Of a stretch of DNA of 32,000 nt, positions 10,079-19,465 are shown one piece after another. The DNA comes from Bacteroidota bacterium (GTDB lineage Bacteria; Bacteroidota; Bacteroidia; Cytophagales; Cyclobacteriaceae). Location: the NCBI GenBank assembly GCA_018266395.1, contig JAFEAM010000012.1, forward strand, positions 263,786 through 295,785, in the 5' to 3' direction. A program made the translations under genes and the position numbers. The first letter of the stretch is position 1, and every line of letters starts with the position of its first letter. The notes beneath the pieces were generated by a model. The model worked only from the letters and a program-made list of their open reading frames with translations, searched no databases and had not been told where the DNA came from.

Positions 10079-10954
10079 TTACGGAACTTCCTTCCCTGTC
10101 ACCCATTGTAACATTTCAAACCAGTCCTGCAGATCCAGCTCTGCATTAATTGATTTCGATGCCTCTTTTATTCTGTCGGGTTGTGTAGTGCCGATGATCG
10201 GAAAAATCTGAGAAGGATGACGAAGCAGCCACGCGAGAAGCATCTGGCTGTAGGTCAGATTATACTTGGCCGCTTTGTTAAATAGCATCCTTTCATCAAC
10301 GGGCAGGACTTTCCCTCCTCCGAGCGGCGACCATGCCATAGGTGCCACGCCCATTTCCATGAGAAAATCGAGCTCTCCGTTAAACAACGGATCAACTTTC
10401 AGGAGACTGATTTCAATCTGGTTGGTGACCAGAGGGAAGGAGAGGTACCGCTGCAGCATCCTGAATTGGGACGGCATGAAATTGGAAACTCCAAAGTGAA
10501 GAACTTTTCCTGCGTCCTTTAATTGAGTGAAGGCTTCGGCCACTTCGTTCGGGTTCAGCAATGGATCAGCACGGTGAATTAGCAGCAGATCGATCCTGTC
10601 TGTCCCAAGCATCTGCAGGGAATTTTCAACGGACCAGACAATATGCTGTTTGGAAGTATCATAATGCTTGATCCATGCGGAGGGTCTTTTCTTGCTGGGG
10701 AATTTGATTCCGCATTTTGTGATGAGTTCCATCCGGTTGCGGATAGATGAGTCTTTCCTGATTACAGCGCCGAAATGCTCTTCATTACTGTGATCACCAT
10801 AGATGTCGGCATGATCAAATGAAGTAATACCTGCGTCAAGAGCTGCATGAATCAGCCGGGAGATGGTTTCCCCGGAAACAACATGCCATCGCCACGCACC
10901 CGCTACAATGCGCGAGAAAGTTGGACCGGCATGATGAAGAGGTTGACGAATCAT
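10079..10954 (-). CDS. aldo/keto reductase family oxidoreductase
   Basis: AKR pattern 'GITSFDHADIYG', 'IDLLLIHRAD', 'VLHFGVSNF'. I preferred the ATG at 10954 over the GTG at 10978. That ATG overlaps the upstream stop as TGATG. Confidence 0.85.
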   Translation of the reverse strand: MIRQPLHHAGPTFSRIVAGAWRWHVVSGETISRLIHAALDAGITSFDHADIYGDHSNEEHFGAVIRKDSSIRNRMELITKCGIKFPSKKRPSAWIKHYDTSKQHIVWSVENSLQMLGTDRIDLLLIHRADPLLNPNEVAEAFTQLKDAGKVLHFGVSNFMPSQFRMLQRYLSFPLVTNQIEISLLKVDPLFNGELDFLMEMGVAPMAWSPLGGGKVLPVDERMLFNKAAKYNLTYSQMLLAWLLRHPSQIFPIIGTTQPDRIKEASKSINAELDLQDWFEMLQWVTGKEVP

Positions 10955-11265
10955 CAACTTCCCTGGTGCTGATAGCACTTGCCCTTCTTGTTGGAGGTCA
11001 TCCGCTTGCAGCGAGTGCCATCAGATGTCTTGCCAGTGCACTGTGCAGTCTTATCCTTGAAGTGTTCTTCAGGCTTGCACACCCCGCAGGGAGTTTTGCC
11101 GGCCTTTTTAGCTGCAGCAAGCGTCATGTCTTTGGCATCACCGGACATCTTGCAGTCTGCTGTGTGGTATTTCTCACCTTTTTCAGAAGCATAAACGGTC
11201 TGACTGTAGCCTTTGACAGCCAGGCCAAGAAAGAGGACGATTGTCCAGAAAAAAACCTTTTTCAT
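10954..11265 (-). CDS. small secreted Cys-rich (putative zinc-binding) protein
   Basis: 103 aa with the signal peptide 'MKKVFFWTIVLFLGLAVKGYSQ'. Two Cys/His modules are present: H-x3-C-x21-C-x2-C and C-x9-C-x10-C-x2-H. Confidence 0.55.
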   Translation of the reverse strand: MKKVFFWTIVLFLGLAVKGYSQTVYASEKGEKYHTADCKMSGDAKDMTLAAAKKAGKTPCGVCKPEEHFKDKTAQCTGKTSDGTRCKRMTSNKKGKCYQHQGS

Positions 11266-11347
11266 GGGTTGCGATGGTCTAGTTGTCAGCTAAATTCTGA
11301 CTTTCCCCTGAGATTTGAAATCTAATTAGTGATGAGCTGCAAGATGG

Positions 11348-12670
11348 CTATCGAAGCAGTGCTCCCTTGAGTCTGAGGAGTTCGATTTCTGAGACTTTTG
11401 CGTTGTATCGGGCAGCAATCAACCGGTTATAAGCGTCTGCCAAGCTTTGTTGCGCGGTCCGCAGTTCAATGAAAGTGTTAATGCCTCTCTTGAATCCCTC
11501 CAGCATGATGGTGACGTTTTCACGCGCGAGCAGGATGGTCTCTTCTTCAATGATAAGTGTTTTTCGTGCGTTGTCGTAGTTGACGAACGCATTCTTTACC
11601 CCTACCATTACGAGGGTGCGCTGCTGCTCGTAAATGACTTTCTGCCTTTCGAGGGAAATCTTGGCCGCGCTGATCTGACGTGTCACATTCATGCCATTCA
11701 GAATGGGGACCGTTACAGACAATCCATAATTATATCCCCGTATGCGGGTGTATTTCTGTGCAGCAGGATTGACCTGAAGCATATTTTGATTCTGGTTGTA
11801 GTTGTAGGCTGAATTAAAAGCTATCACAGGAGAGCGCAGTGCCCTGGTCTCACGCAGTGCAACCTCAAATACTTCAATATTCTGTTTTGCTGAAGCCAGC
11901 TGCTGGTTGGTGTTTTCAATGTCGGTGATGATTTCATCCAAAGTCAGATGGAGATTGGTGGGAATGGTGTCGCCCACATCGTAAACTTCCGGCAAGGACA
12001 TGGCCAGGCTCCCGTTCATCTGGTCTTTAAGTTGCTGAATAAGTGTTTTTTGCGCAAGTACGGATGTGCGTATGGCATTGAGGTCGATCCTGGCCTGAAG
12101 CAATTCAGGTTTGCCTCCCGTTCCGACCTGTAATTTCCGTTCAGCCAGTTTCACACGCTCTTCACTCACCGACTGAAGTTCGCCCAGGGCCTCCAGTTGT
12201 TGCTTCTGCCTGGCAATATTGTAGTAAGTGGTCATGATGGCGGCAGCCGTGTTCATCATCTGATTTCGGACATTGATCTCGCCAAGCAAAGCGAGCTCTG
12301 TCAGTCGTTTTCTTGTCGCAAACATGCGGGTACCGTCAAAAAGCGTCCAGCTAAGTTGAACGGAACCCTGGGCATTGGTGGACTTGACACCCTCACGTAT
12401 AGTCTCTACATCTGAAAAGGTGACGTTGCGGGTATTGTTGTTGTTATTCTGATAGTTTCCCGAAGCATTCAGGGTGGGTATGAAGAGTCCGAATGCATAG
12501 CGCCGGTCATTGCCTGCCAGATCGGACGTATTTCTCAGCAACTGAACGTCATAATTCTTTTGAATTGCCGTAGACACAACTTCTTCTACGGTAACCGAAG
12601 GCTGCGCCAGTGCAGATACGGCACACAGGAGAAAGAGCAAGCAAATAAATACCTGACTAATGAACTTCAT
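11348..12670 (-). CDS. TolC-family outer-membrane efflux protein
   Basis: The ORF runs 11348..12745. The ATG at 12670 gives the signal peptide 'MKFISQVFICLLFLLCAVSALAQ'. It has two coiled-coil/beta-barrel repeats typical of outer-membrane factors, and it is the last gene of the MFP-RND-OMP operon. Confidence 0.85.
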   Translation of the reverse strand: MKFISQVFICLLFLLCAVSALAQPSVTVEEVVSTAIQKNYDVQLLRNTSDLAGNDRRYAFGLFIPTLNASGNYQNNNNNTRNVTFSDVETIREGVKSTNAQGSVQLSWTLFDGTRMFATRKRLTELALLGEINVRNQMMNTAAAIMTTYYNIARQKQQLEALGELQSVSEERVKLAERKLQVGTGGKPELLQARIDLNAIRTSVLAQKTLIQQLKDQMNGSLAMSLPEVYDVGDTIPTNLHLTLDEIITDIENTNQQLASAKQNIEVFEVALRETRALRSPVIAFNSAYNYNQNQNMLQVNPAAQKYTRIRGYNYGLSVTVPILNGMNVTRQISAAKISLERQKVIYEQQRTLVMVGVKNAFVNYDNARKTLIIEEETILLARENVTIMLEGFKRGINTFIELRTAQQSLADAYNRLIAARYNAKVSEIELLRLKGALLR

Positions 12671-15600
12671 AGGTAAGTTCTTTCTGCGGCTCCGCCATCT
12701 GCTCCTCAAAATTGATATGCTTCCTCTTTCTTGAGAGGTAAGCATACATGGCAGGAATGACGAAAAGGGTTAGAACAAGGGAGAACAGGATTCCGCCTAC
12801 AATGACAATCCCAAGCGGGATTCTGCTGGTTGAGGCATCGCCCAGCGATAATGCCAATGGAAGCGAACCCAATGCCATGGCAAGACTGGTCATAAGGATG
12901 GGACGAAGCCTAAGCCTGCTGGCTTCCAGCACTGCGTCAATCTTGTTGAGACCTTCTTCACGTTTTTTGTTTGCGAATTCCACAATGAGGATTCCATTTT
13001 TCGTCACTAGACCAATCAACATGATCATCCCGATCTCGCTGAAAATATTGAGCGTTTGCTTGAACACGAATAGCGAAAGGAAGGCGCCAAAGATGGCCAG
13101 CGGTACGGTGAACATGATAATCAGCGGATCAACAAAACTCTCAAACTGTGCTGCCAGGATGAGATAGATAAGTACCAATGCAAGAATGAAGGCGAAGGAG
13201 GTATTTCCTGAACTCTCAGCAAAGTCACGGGAAGATCCGGCTAATGAAGTGTTGAAAGTGTCATCCAATACCTTATCTGCGATCTCACGCATGGCATTGA
13301 TGCCGTCGCCAATGGTTTTGCCGGGTGCAAGACCCGCAGAAATGGTTGCAGATTTGAAGCGGTTAAAGTGATAAAGAGAAGGAGGGGTTGTGGATTCTTC
13401 GAGGGTTACCACATTATCAATGGACACAAGTTCTCCTGACGATGTCCTCACGTAAAGCCGCTTCAGATCATCAGGATCATCCCTGTCCATTCTGGTAACT
13501 TGTCCGATGACCTGATACTGCTTTCCTTCTTTGGTGAAGTACCCAAATCGCAGGTTACTGTAGGCAAGTTGCAAAGTCTGCGAGATGTCCTGTACGCTAA
13601 TGCCGAGTTGGGTGGCCTTGAGACGGTTAATCTTGACCAGTAGTTCCGGTTTGTTGAATTTTAGGTCCACATCAACACTCTGCAAGACTGGATTATCCTG
13701 GGCCATCTGCATGAATTTGGGTATCACTGACTTCAACTTTTCAAAGTCGTTATTCTGGATAACAAATTGTACCGGTTGTCCACCGCGGCGGTTCACCGCG
13801 ATGGTCTGCTCCTGGGTGATGAATACTCTTCCCTCCGAAAAGAGAGGAAGGTATTTATTGAGATCATCGACGATTTGCTGCTGAGAGCGGTTCCTGTCTT
13901 TGCGGTCAACGAGATTAACCCTTACTGATCCGGTGTTGGGTGAGCCGCTTGCACCACCAAAGGCAGGAGCTGTATTCGAAATGACCGTCCTGATTTCGGG
14001 GACGGAATCCATGACGAACTGGGTCAGCCGTTCTACATATTTGTCCATGAAATCGTAGGAGGTTCCCTCCGGGGCGATGGGATTGAGTCGCAGTTGATTC
14101 CGGTCTTCCAGTGGTGCAAGTTCCTGCTGGATGCCGATGCCGATGAAGTAGGTTCCGGTCAAACACACCGCAACGATCACCAAGGCGAGCCACCTTACTT
14201 TCATAAAACGTCCGAGGGTGTGTTTATAGAAATTCTCCATTCCTATGAAGAAGGGTTCCGTCACATGGTAGAACCAGGAGTGGCTGTGGTTTGAGCGTGT
14301 AAGTTTTACGCTTAAAACAGGAGTCAATGTGAGCGAAACGAACGAGGAGATGAGTACTGCGCCGGCCACTACAATCCCGAATTCGCGGAAAAGCCGGCCA
14401 ACAAATCCTGGAAGGAATACTACCGGCAGGAACACCACCGCAAGGGTGATTGAGGTGGAGACAACGGCAAAGAAGATTTCCTTTGATCCCTCAATGGCCG
14501 CCTGGTACTTGTTCATCCCTTTCTCCAGCTTCTTGAAAATATTCTCAGTTACCACAATACCATCATCCACCACAAGACCTGTGGCCAGGACGATGCCCAG
14601 CATGGTGAGCACGTTCACAGAAAACCCACTGAGGTACATGATGAAGAAAGTGGCAGTAAGCGATACTGGGATATCAATCAGCGGCCGGATAGCGATGATA
14701 AAGTCGCGGAAAAAGAGATAGATGATAAGAACCACTAGAACGAAGGAGATGGCCAGTGTCTCTTCCACTTCGGTGATGGCACGCTTGATAAACTTAGTCT
14801 GATCAGTCGATACATCCAGTTTGATATCGGCGGGCATTTCCTTTTGTACCTGATCAAGGCGTCTGAAAAATTCATCAGCAATCGAGACGTAATTGGCGCC
14901 AGGCAGTGGAATGATACCCAGGGCGATCATTGGCACACGGCTTTCGCGAAGGACGGATTCTTCATTTTCCGGGCCCAGAACAGCTTCTCCAATATCCCTG
15001 ATCCTGATATTCCCGGTCGAAGTGGCTTTCACGATCACGTTCTTAAAGTCTTCCTCCGTGTACAGCCTGCCAAAAGTTCTTACTGTTAATTCGGTGGCGT
15101 TGCCTGCAATTTTTCCTGATGGCAACTCAACGTTTTCACGGTTTAAGGCTTGCTGGACATCCAGCGCTGTGAGGTTGTAGGCACTCAGTCTTGAGGGATC
15201 AAGCCATATCCTCATTGCGTACTTCTTCTCACCCAGGACATTGACGCTGCTCACCCCCGGGATGGTCTGCATGCGCTCTACCAGCACATTGGTAGCATAT
15301 TCGGTTAACTGCAGTGCATTCCTTGTATTGCTTTGCACGGTCATGCTGATGATGTAGTCCGCATTGGCATCAGCCTTAAATACCACGGGAGGCGCAGTTA
15401 GATCCTGAGGAAGCAGGCGCACAGCCTGTGAAACTTTGTCCCGCACATCATTGGCGGCTGCCTCAAGGTCGACACCCAGATTGAACTCGACGTTGATGCT
15501 GCTTCGGCCCACGGAGGATGAGGAAGAGATATTGCGAATACCCGCAATGCCATTGATTGCCTTTTCCAGAGGTTCAGTGATCTGTGATTCTATGATATCT

Positions 15601-15767
15601 GCATTGGCCCCTGAGTAGGTAGTGCTCACGTTGATGTTGGGAGGGTCAATGGCAGGATAATCGCGCACACCCAAATAGGTAAATCCTATAGCTCCGAACA
15701 ATACAAGCAATATGTTCATCACGAAAGTGAGAACCGGGCGCCTGATACTGAGTTCTGAGATATTCAT
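12657..15767 (-). CDS. RND efflux transporter permease (AcrB/HAE1-like)
   Basis: 1036 aa with a 12-TM, two-large-periplasmic-loop architecture. The N-terminus 'MNISELSIRRPVLTFVMNILLVLFG' is typical. Its stop overlaps the TolC-like start by 14 nt. Confidence 0.95.
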   Translation of the reverse strand: MNISELSIRRPVLTFVMNILLVLFGAIGFTYLGVRDYPAIDPPNINVSTTYSGANADIIESQITEPLEKAINGIAGIRNISSSSSVGRSSINVEFNLGVDLEAAANDVRDKVSQAVRLLPQDLTAPPVVFKADANADYIISMTVQSNTRNALQLTEYATNVLVERMQTIPGVSSVNVLGEKKYAMRIWLDPSRLSAYNLTALDVQQALNRENVELPSGKIAGNATELTVRTFGRLYTEEDFKNVIVKATSTGNIRIRDIGEAVLGPENEESVLRESRVPMIALGIIPLPGANYVSIADEFFRRLDQVQKEMPADIKLDVSTDQTKFIKRAITEVEETLAISFVLVVLIIYLFFRDFIIAIRPLIDIPVSLTATFFIMYLSGFSVNVLTMLGIVLATGLVVDDGIVVTENIFKKLEKGMNKYQAAIEGSKEIFFAVVSTSITLAVVFLPVVFLPGFVGRLFREFGIVVAGAVLISSFVSLTLTPVLSVKLTRSNHSHSWFYHVTEPFFIGMENFYKHTLGRFMKVRWLALVIVAVCLTGTYFIGIGIQQELAPLEDRNQLRLNPIAPEGTSYDFMDKYVERLTQFVMDSVPEIRTVISNTAPAFGGASGSPNTGSVRVNLVDRKDRNRSQQQIVDDLNKYLPLFSEGRVFITQEQTIAVNRRGGQPVQFVIQNNDFEKLKSVIPKFMQMAQDNPVLQSVDVDLKFNKPELLVKINRLKATQLGISVQDISQTLQLAYSNLRFGYFTKEGKQYQVIGQVTRMDRDDPDDLKRLYVRTSSGELVSIDNVVTLEESTTPPSLYHFNRFKSATISAGLAPGKTIGDGINAMREIADKVLDDTFNTSLAGSSRDFAESSGNTSFAFILALVLIYLILAAQFESFVDPLIIMFTVPLAIFGAFLSLFVFKQTLNIFSEIGMIMLIGLVTKNGILIVEFANKKREEGLNKIDAVLEASRLRLRPILMTSLAMALGSLPLALSLGDASTSRIPLGIVIVGGILFSLVLTLFVIPAMYAYLSRKRKHINFEEQMAEPQKELTYEVH

Positions 15768-15776
15768 AAATGCTGC

Positions 15777-16829
15777 CTATTTGACAACAAGCTTGGATAT
15801 TTTCAATTTGGATCCCGGACGAATGGCCATCAAGCCTGTAGTGATCACCGTATCGCCCGGCTGAAGTCCTTTTACAATCTGTACATAGGAGGAATCCCTG
15901 ATACCTGTTTGTACAATTCTGAATGCAGCGCTATCCTTCTTCATTACGATTACGCGCTTGTTTCGCGCCTCAGGAATGATGGCCTGGCTTGGCAACATGA
16001 TCGCTGAGGAAGTTTTTCCCAGGCGAAGGTTCACCTTCGCAAAAACTCCGGGAACCAGTTCTGCATGCTTTTCCTGCACAATAGCCCGCACTTTCAAGGT
16101 TCGGGTGGTGGGCTCTATGTTGCCTTCTGTGGCCATAACAACCGCATGATGATCGAATTGACCACCATCCACACGGAAGGTAATATCATACCCTTTTGTG
16201 ATACTCTTGGCATATTTTTCAGGAACAGAGAACTCCAGTTTCAGTTTACTCACATCCCTCAGCGTCGTTATTATGTCGTTGGGTGAAAGATATGCCCCGG
16301 GACTCACGGAGCGCAAACCGATTTCACCCTCGTAAGGCGCACGGATTTCAGTCTTTGAAACGGCAATTTTTGTGGTCTGAATGTCGGCCTTCAAATTGTC
16401 CACGGCCAATGCACTCAAATCAAAATCCTGCTGACTGATACCCTGAATCTGCAACAATTCCTTTTGCCTTTCGACAGTCTTGATCGCGATCTGCAACTGA
16501 ACCTGCAACTTGCGCAGCTGAGCCTGCAGATCCTCGTCAAACAATTTGGCAAGCAGATAGCCCTTGGGAACGATGCCTCCTTCTGGAATATTCAATTGGA
16601 TAATCCGTCCGCTTACTTCAGATTTGATTTGAGTCGCTTCTGCAGCGAGCAAACTGCCTGGCACTTCCACATCTTCGCTCATGGCGCTCAATTGAACACG
16701 GAATGCTTCCACTATTATCGGACCACGGGGACGATTGCCCGGCGTCCGTTCAGACGCACCCTTTTTCTCGCAGGCAGCCAGTAGCATAAGAAATGCGAAA
16801 AAGAGCCATATGGACCGTTTCAGGGGCAT
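15777..16829 (-). CDS. RND efflux periplasmic adaptor (membrane fusion protein)
   Basis: The ORF runs 15777..16898. The ATG at 16829 gives the lipoprotein signal 'MPLKRSIWLFFAFLMLLAAC'. It has a coiled-coil hairpin plus beta-barrel pattern, and it ends 9 nt before the RND permease start. Confidence 0.9.
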   Translation of the reverse strand: MPLKRSIWLFFAFLMLLAACEKKGASERTPGNRPRGPIIVEAFRVQLSAMSEDVEVPGSLLAAEATQIKSEVSGRIIQLNIPEGGIVPKGYLLAKLFDEDLQAQLRKLQVQLQIAIKTVERQKELLQIQGISQQDFDLSALAVDNLKADIQTTKIAVSKTEIRAPYEGEIGLRSVSPGAYLSPNDIITTLRDVSKLKLEFSVPEKYAKSITKGYDITFRVDGGQFDHHAVVMATEGNIEPTTRTLKVRAIVQEKHAELVPGVFAKVNLRLGKTSSAIMLPSQAIIPEARNKRVIVMKKDSAAFRIVQTGIRDSSYVQIVKGLQPGDTVITTGLMAIRPGSKLKISKLVVK

Positions 16830-17074
16830 AAAGTGATGTTCAGGGGCGCAAATTTCTCTCCTTAACTTTAGAAATGCACATCCTGGTTGCAAATACATGC
16901 CAGGCGGTAAATGGGGATGACTTGTGGTTAAAGATCCGCTGGGCGCAGGCCTTGATTTCGTCCTTATTTGAGACTGGCCTAATTGGACAATTTGAGATGG
17001 GGAGATATTCCTAATGCACTGCCGTTGATGTTACCTGCTCTGATGATAATTCTGAAAGAACTAACAGTGTAAGA

Positions 17075-19438
17075 CTACATGGACTCGATCAGGAGTGGAG
17101 TGTCGGCCTCGTCAAGTTTGCTCGCAGGATTACTTTCATTTTCACTCTCACCTGGCGGCAGTTGATTTACTTCTTTCAATACGGTCCTTCTGGTAAGTAT
17201 CAACCATATCAGAGGCAAAACTCCGCCCGTGACAAAGATGGCGCCGCCGATGATCCTCAACCATGTGAGGGCTTGAAATGCTTTACTGTCGATAAAGGCA
17301 CTGCTTCGGGCAAACCATAATCCATGATCAAGCACAGCATTGAATTGAAGAATTCCCGCCGGGAACAAGTCAAGGAGTACCATAAGCAACAGACCGGCAT
17401 TAAGCGACCAGAAGGATAAGCTCACAATCCTGGACGGCCAACTTTCGGATCTGGACAGCAGCTGACAACAGAAAAGCATTCCGGCCAGTGAAAGGTTGCC
17501 GTACACTCCCATTAGCGCGGCGTGTCCATGATTGACGGTGAGATAAGTCCCGTGCTCAAAGTAATTCGCAATAGGAAGATTGATGATAAATCCCATTAGT
17601 CCCGCTCCAAAGAAATTCCAGAAGTTCACACCGACCAGGAAGAGAAAAACGGATGAGAAACCGAACGCATTATTTCCTCCGCGGGCAGTTTCCAATTGTA
17701 ACGGCAAACGACTGAAGCGCCAGGCCTCCAGCGTAAGCAATATCAATGGTACGACCTGTAGAGTTGAGAACACCGAGCCCAATGCCATGGTGAATACCGG
17801 TTTGGCATTCCAGTAGAAGTTATGAGAAATCCCCAGCAGTCCTGAGCCCAGAAAAAGCAGGCATGCGAGATAGATCACCCGAATGGCTGCGCGGGCACTC
17901 ACCAGTCCCATCAGGACCATGAAGTATCCGATCAGGACAGTGGTGAATACTTCAAAAAACGCTTCTGCCCACATGTGAACGACCATCCATCTCCAGAAAT
18001 CTGCAATAACAAAATTGGTATCAGGTGTGAACATGAACGCGGAGCAGAGGAGGATCAATATGCTGACGATCGAGTAAACCAACCAGTTAGGCAAGGCCCA
18101 GGGTTGATGAAGTTTCATCACCGGCCTCAGTCCCCGGTACAGGGTAAAAGCCCAAAGACAGAAGATTGCATAGAGGGTAATCTGCCAGATTTTGCCTGGT
18201 TCCAGGTATTCCCAGCCTTGATGGCCAAACCAATACCAATTGCTCCCAAAAAGCCCTTTGGGGCCACCAAAAATGCCAACCAGCCCCCCAATAACCAACA
18301 CCACGACGAGCCAGAAGATCAGGTTAACCAAGGTCTTTTGATGCCGGGGCTCCTTGGGTGAGAGCATGGGAACAACAAAAAGCGATGCGCCAATCCAACA
18401 ACCTGAAATCCATAGCAACGAAAGTTGAACATGCCAGCTCCTGGTAATTGTTACAGGTAAAACTTTTGAAATGTCTAACCCCCAGAAATTTACGAAGCCG
18501 ACAAAATCGTGTACCGTGAGAATGCCTGCAAGTACTTGCAAGCCAAAAAGCAGGATGGCGGCGTAAAAGAACTTGTATGTCGCCTTTTGCGTGTCTGTCG
18601 GATGGAATCGACTCACGCTCTCCAGTGTGAACAAAGGGCTGGCATCGCGGGTAAATGTTTCATTATCCAGTTTCTCCAGTCGCCCGTGGTAGAAAAGAAC
18701 AACGCCAAGTCCAAGAATAAGGCCGAAGGAACCTATGATGCTCCAAATGATAACCGCTTGACTTGGCGAATTGCCTGCTATCGGGTCGTAAGGCCAATTA
18801 TGTGTATAGCTGTAATCTTTGCCTGGTCTTTCAGTGCCGCACACCCACGCACTCCAGTAAAAGAATGAAGCAAGCGCCCGCAGATCGTTCTTATCGGTGA
18901 GATGGTGAGCCGGACTGAAGGAAGCTTTTGTATTGCCTGTGAAAACGCCGCTGTAGTAATCCACCAATTGTTCAGCGGCGTACACCTGGGCATCATTGAG
19001 ATTGACAGTATTGGTTCTTTCGTCAAAGTGATTCTCCTTGATTTCTTTTTTTACCCGGTTGTTGATGCCGTAGCGTTGCCAGGTCTGGTCACCAGCCTCT
19101 GTAGCTATTGACTTGAGGTAATAGTCCGCCATGAATTCAGCAACACGGTGGAGGGCATCAGCTGAAAAATCCGGACCTCGATTTGCGCCGTCCCCAAACA
19201 TGCTTCCATATTCCATCAGGGCATGTTCCTGAAATACCTGCTGGCCCTTACGTATATCAGCCTGTGTGATGACCAGGTTCTTGTCTGGCCCGGCATAGTC
19301 TGGAACCGGGGGAGCCTCCGTATAGGTATGGAGTCCAATCATGAAGACTCCGGCAATACTGATGACAAAAATGACGGTGAGAGGGATCCACCAATTCCTG
19401 GGATTGAGCAGAAAATCGATAAACCGGTAGTTTGCCAT
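17075..19438 (-). CDS. norB: quinol-type nitric-oxide reductase family protein (qNor/NorZ-like) with atypical, Nod-like active-site residues
   Basis: 787 aa from the ATG at 19438. It has an N-terminal TM helix plus a periplasmic domain of about 280 aa without CxxCH, followed by a heme-copper-oxidase core. That core carries 'RSWH', 'VVHMWAEAFFEVF' and 'VNHGHAALMG'. Unusually, the conserved His-His pair reads 'SHNFYW' and 'LEVVPL' reads 'LQVVPL' (see findings). Confidence 0.9.
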   Translation of the reverse strand: MANYRFIDFLLNPRNWWIPLTVIFVISIAGVFMIGLHTYTEAPPVPDYAGPDKNLVITQADIRKGQQVFQEHALMEYGSMFGDGANRGPDFSADALHRVAEFMADYYLKSIATEAGDQTWQRYGINNRVKKEIKENHFDERTNTVNLNDAQVYAAEQLVDYYSGVFTGNTKASFSPAHHLTDKNDLRALASFFYWSAWVCGTERPGKDYSYTHNWPYDPIAGNSPSQAVIIWSIIGSFGLILGLGVVLFYHGRLEKLDNETFTRDASPLFTLESVSRFHPTDTQKATYKFFYAAILLFGLQVLAGILTVHDFVGFVNFWGLDISKVLPVTITRSWHVQLSLLWISGCWIGASLFVVPMLSPKEPRHQKTLVNLIFWLVVVLVIGGLVGIFGGPKGLFGSNWYWFGHQGWEYLEPGKIWQITLYAIFCLWAFTLYRGLRPVMKLHQPWALPNWLVYSIVSILILLCSAFMFTPDTNFVIADFWRWMVVHMWAEAFFEVFTTVLIGYFMVLMGLVSARAAIRVIYLACLLFLGSGLLGISHNFYWNAKPVFTMALGSVFSTLQVVPLILLTLEAWRFSRLPLQLETARGGNNAFGFSSVFLFLVGVNFWNFFGAGLMGFIINLPIANYFEHGTYLTVNHGHAALMGVYGNLSLAGMLFCCQLLSRSESWPSRIVSLSFWSLNAGLLLMVLLDLFPAGILQFNAVLDHGLWFARSSAFIDSKAFQALTWLRIIGGAIFVTGGVLPLIWLILTRRTVLKEVNQLPPGESENESNPASKLDEADTPLLIESM

Positions 19439-19465
19439 GGTTTCGCTGTTTAGGGCCGTAAACCT

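Noticed and set aside
10921-11325. A 134-aa plus-strand ORF covering the Cys-rich protein locus.
   Set aside because: The minus-strand ORF has a clean signal peptide and ordered Cys/His modules. The plus-strand product is featureless and overlaps the AKR start.
16830-16898. N-terminal extensions offered by the ORF track for the MFP (to 16898). The same applies to TolC-like (to 12745), NOR-like (to 19477), SDR (to 23557), tnaA-like (from 19534), the lipoprotein (to 4603) and AKR (to 10978).
   Set aside because: Internal ATGs give proper signal peptides, lipoboxes or family-typical N-termini, and they avoid long overlaps with neighbouring genes. The extensions look like read-through of upstream non-coding sequence.
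16961-16969. 'TCCTTATTT', resembling one arm of the shared palindrome, upstream of the RND operon.
   Set aside because: No inverted partner sits at the N8 (or any nearby) spacing. A single AT-rich half-site is expected by chance.
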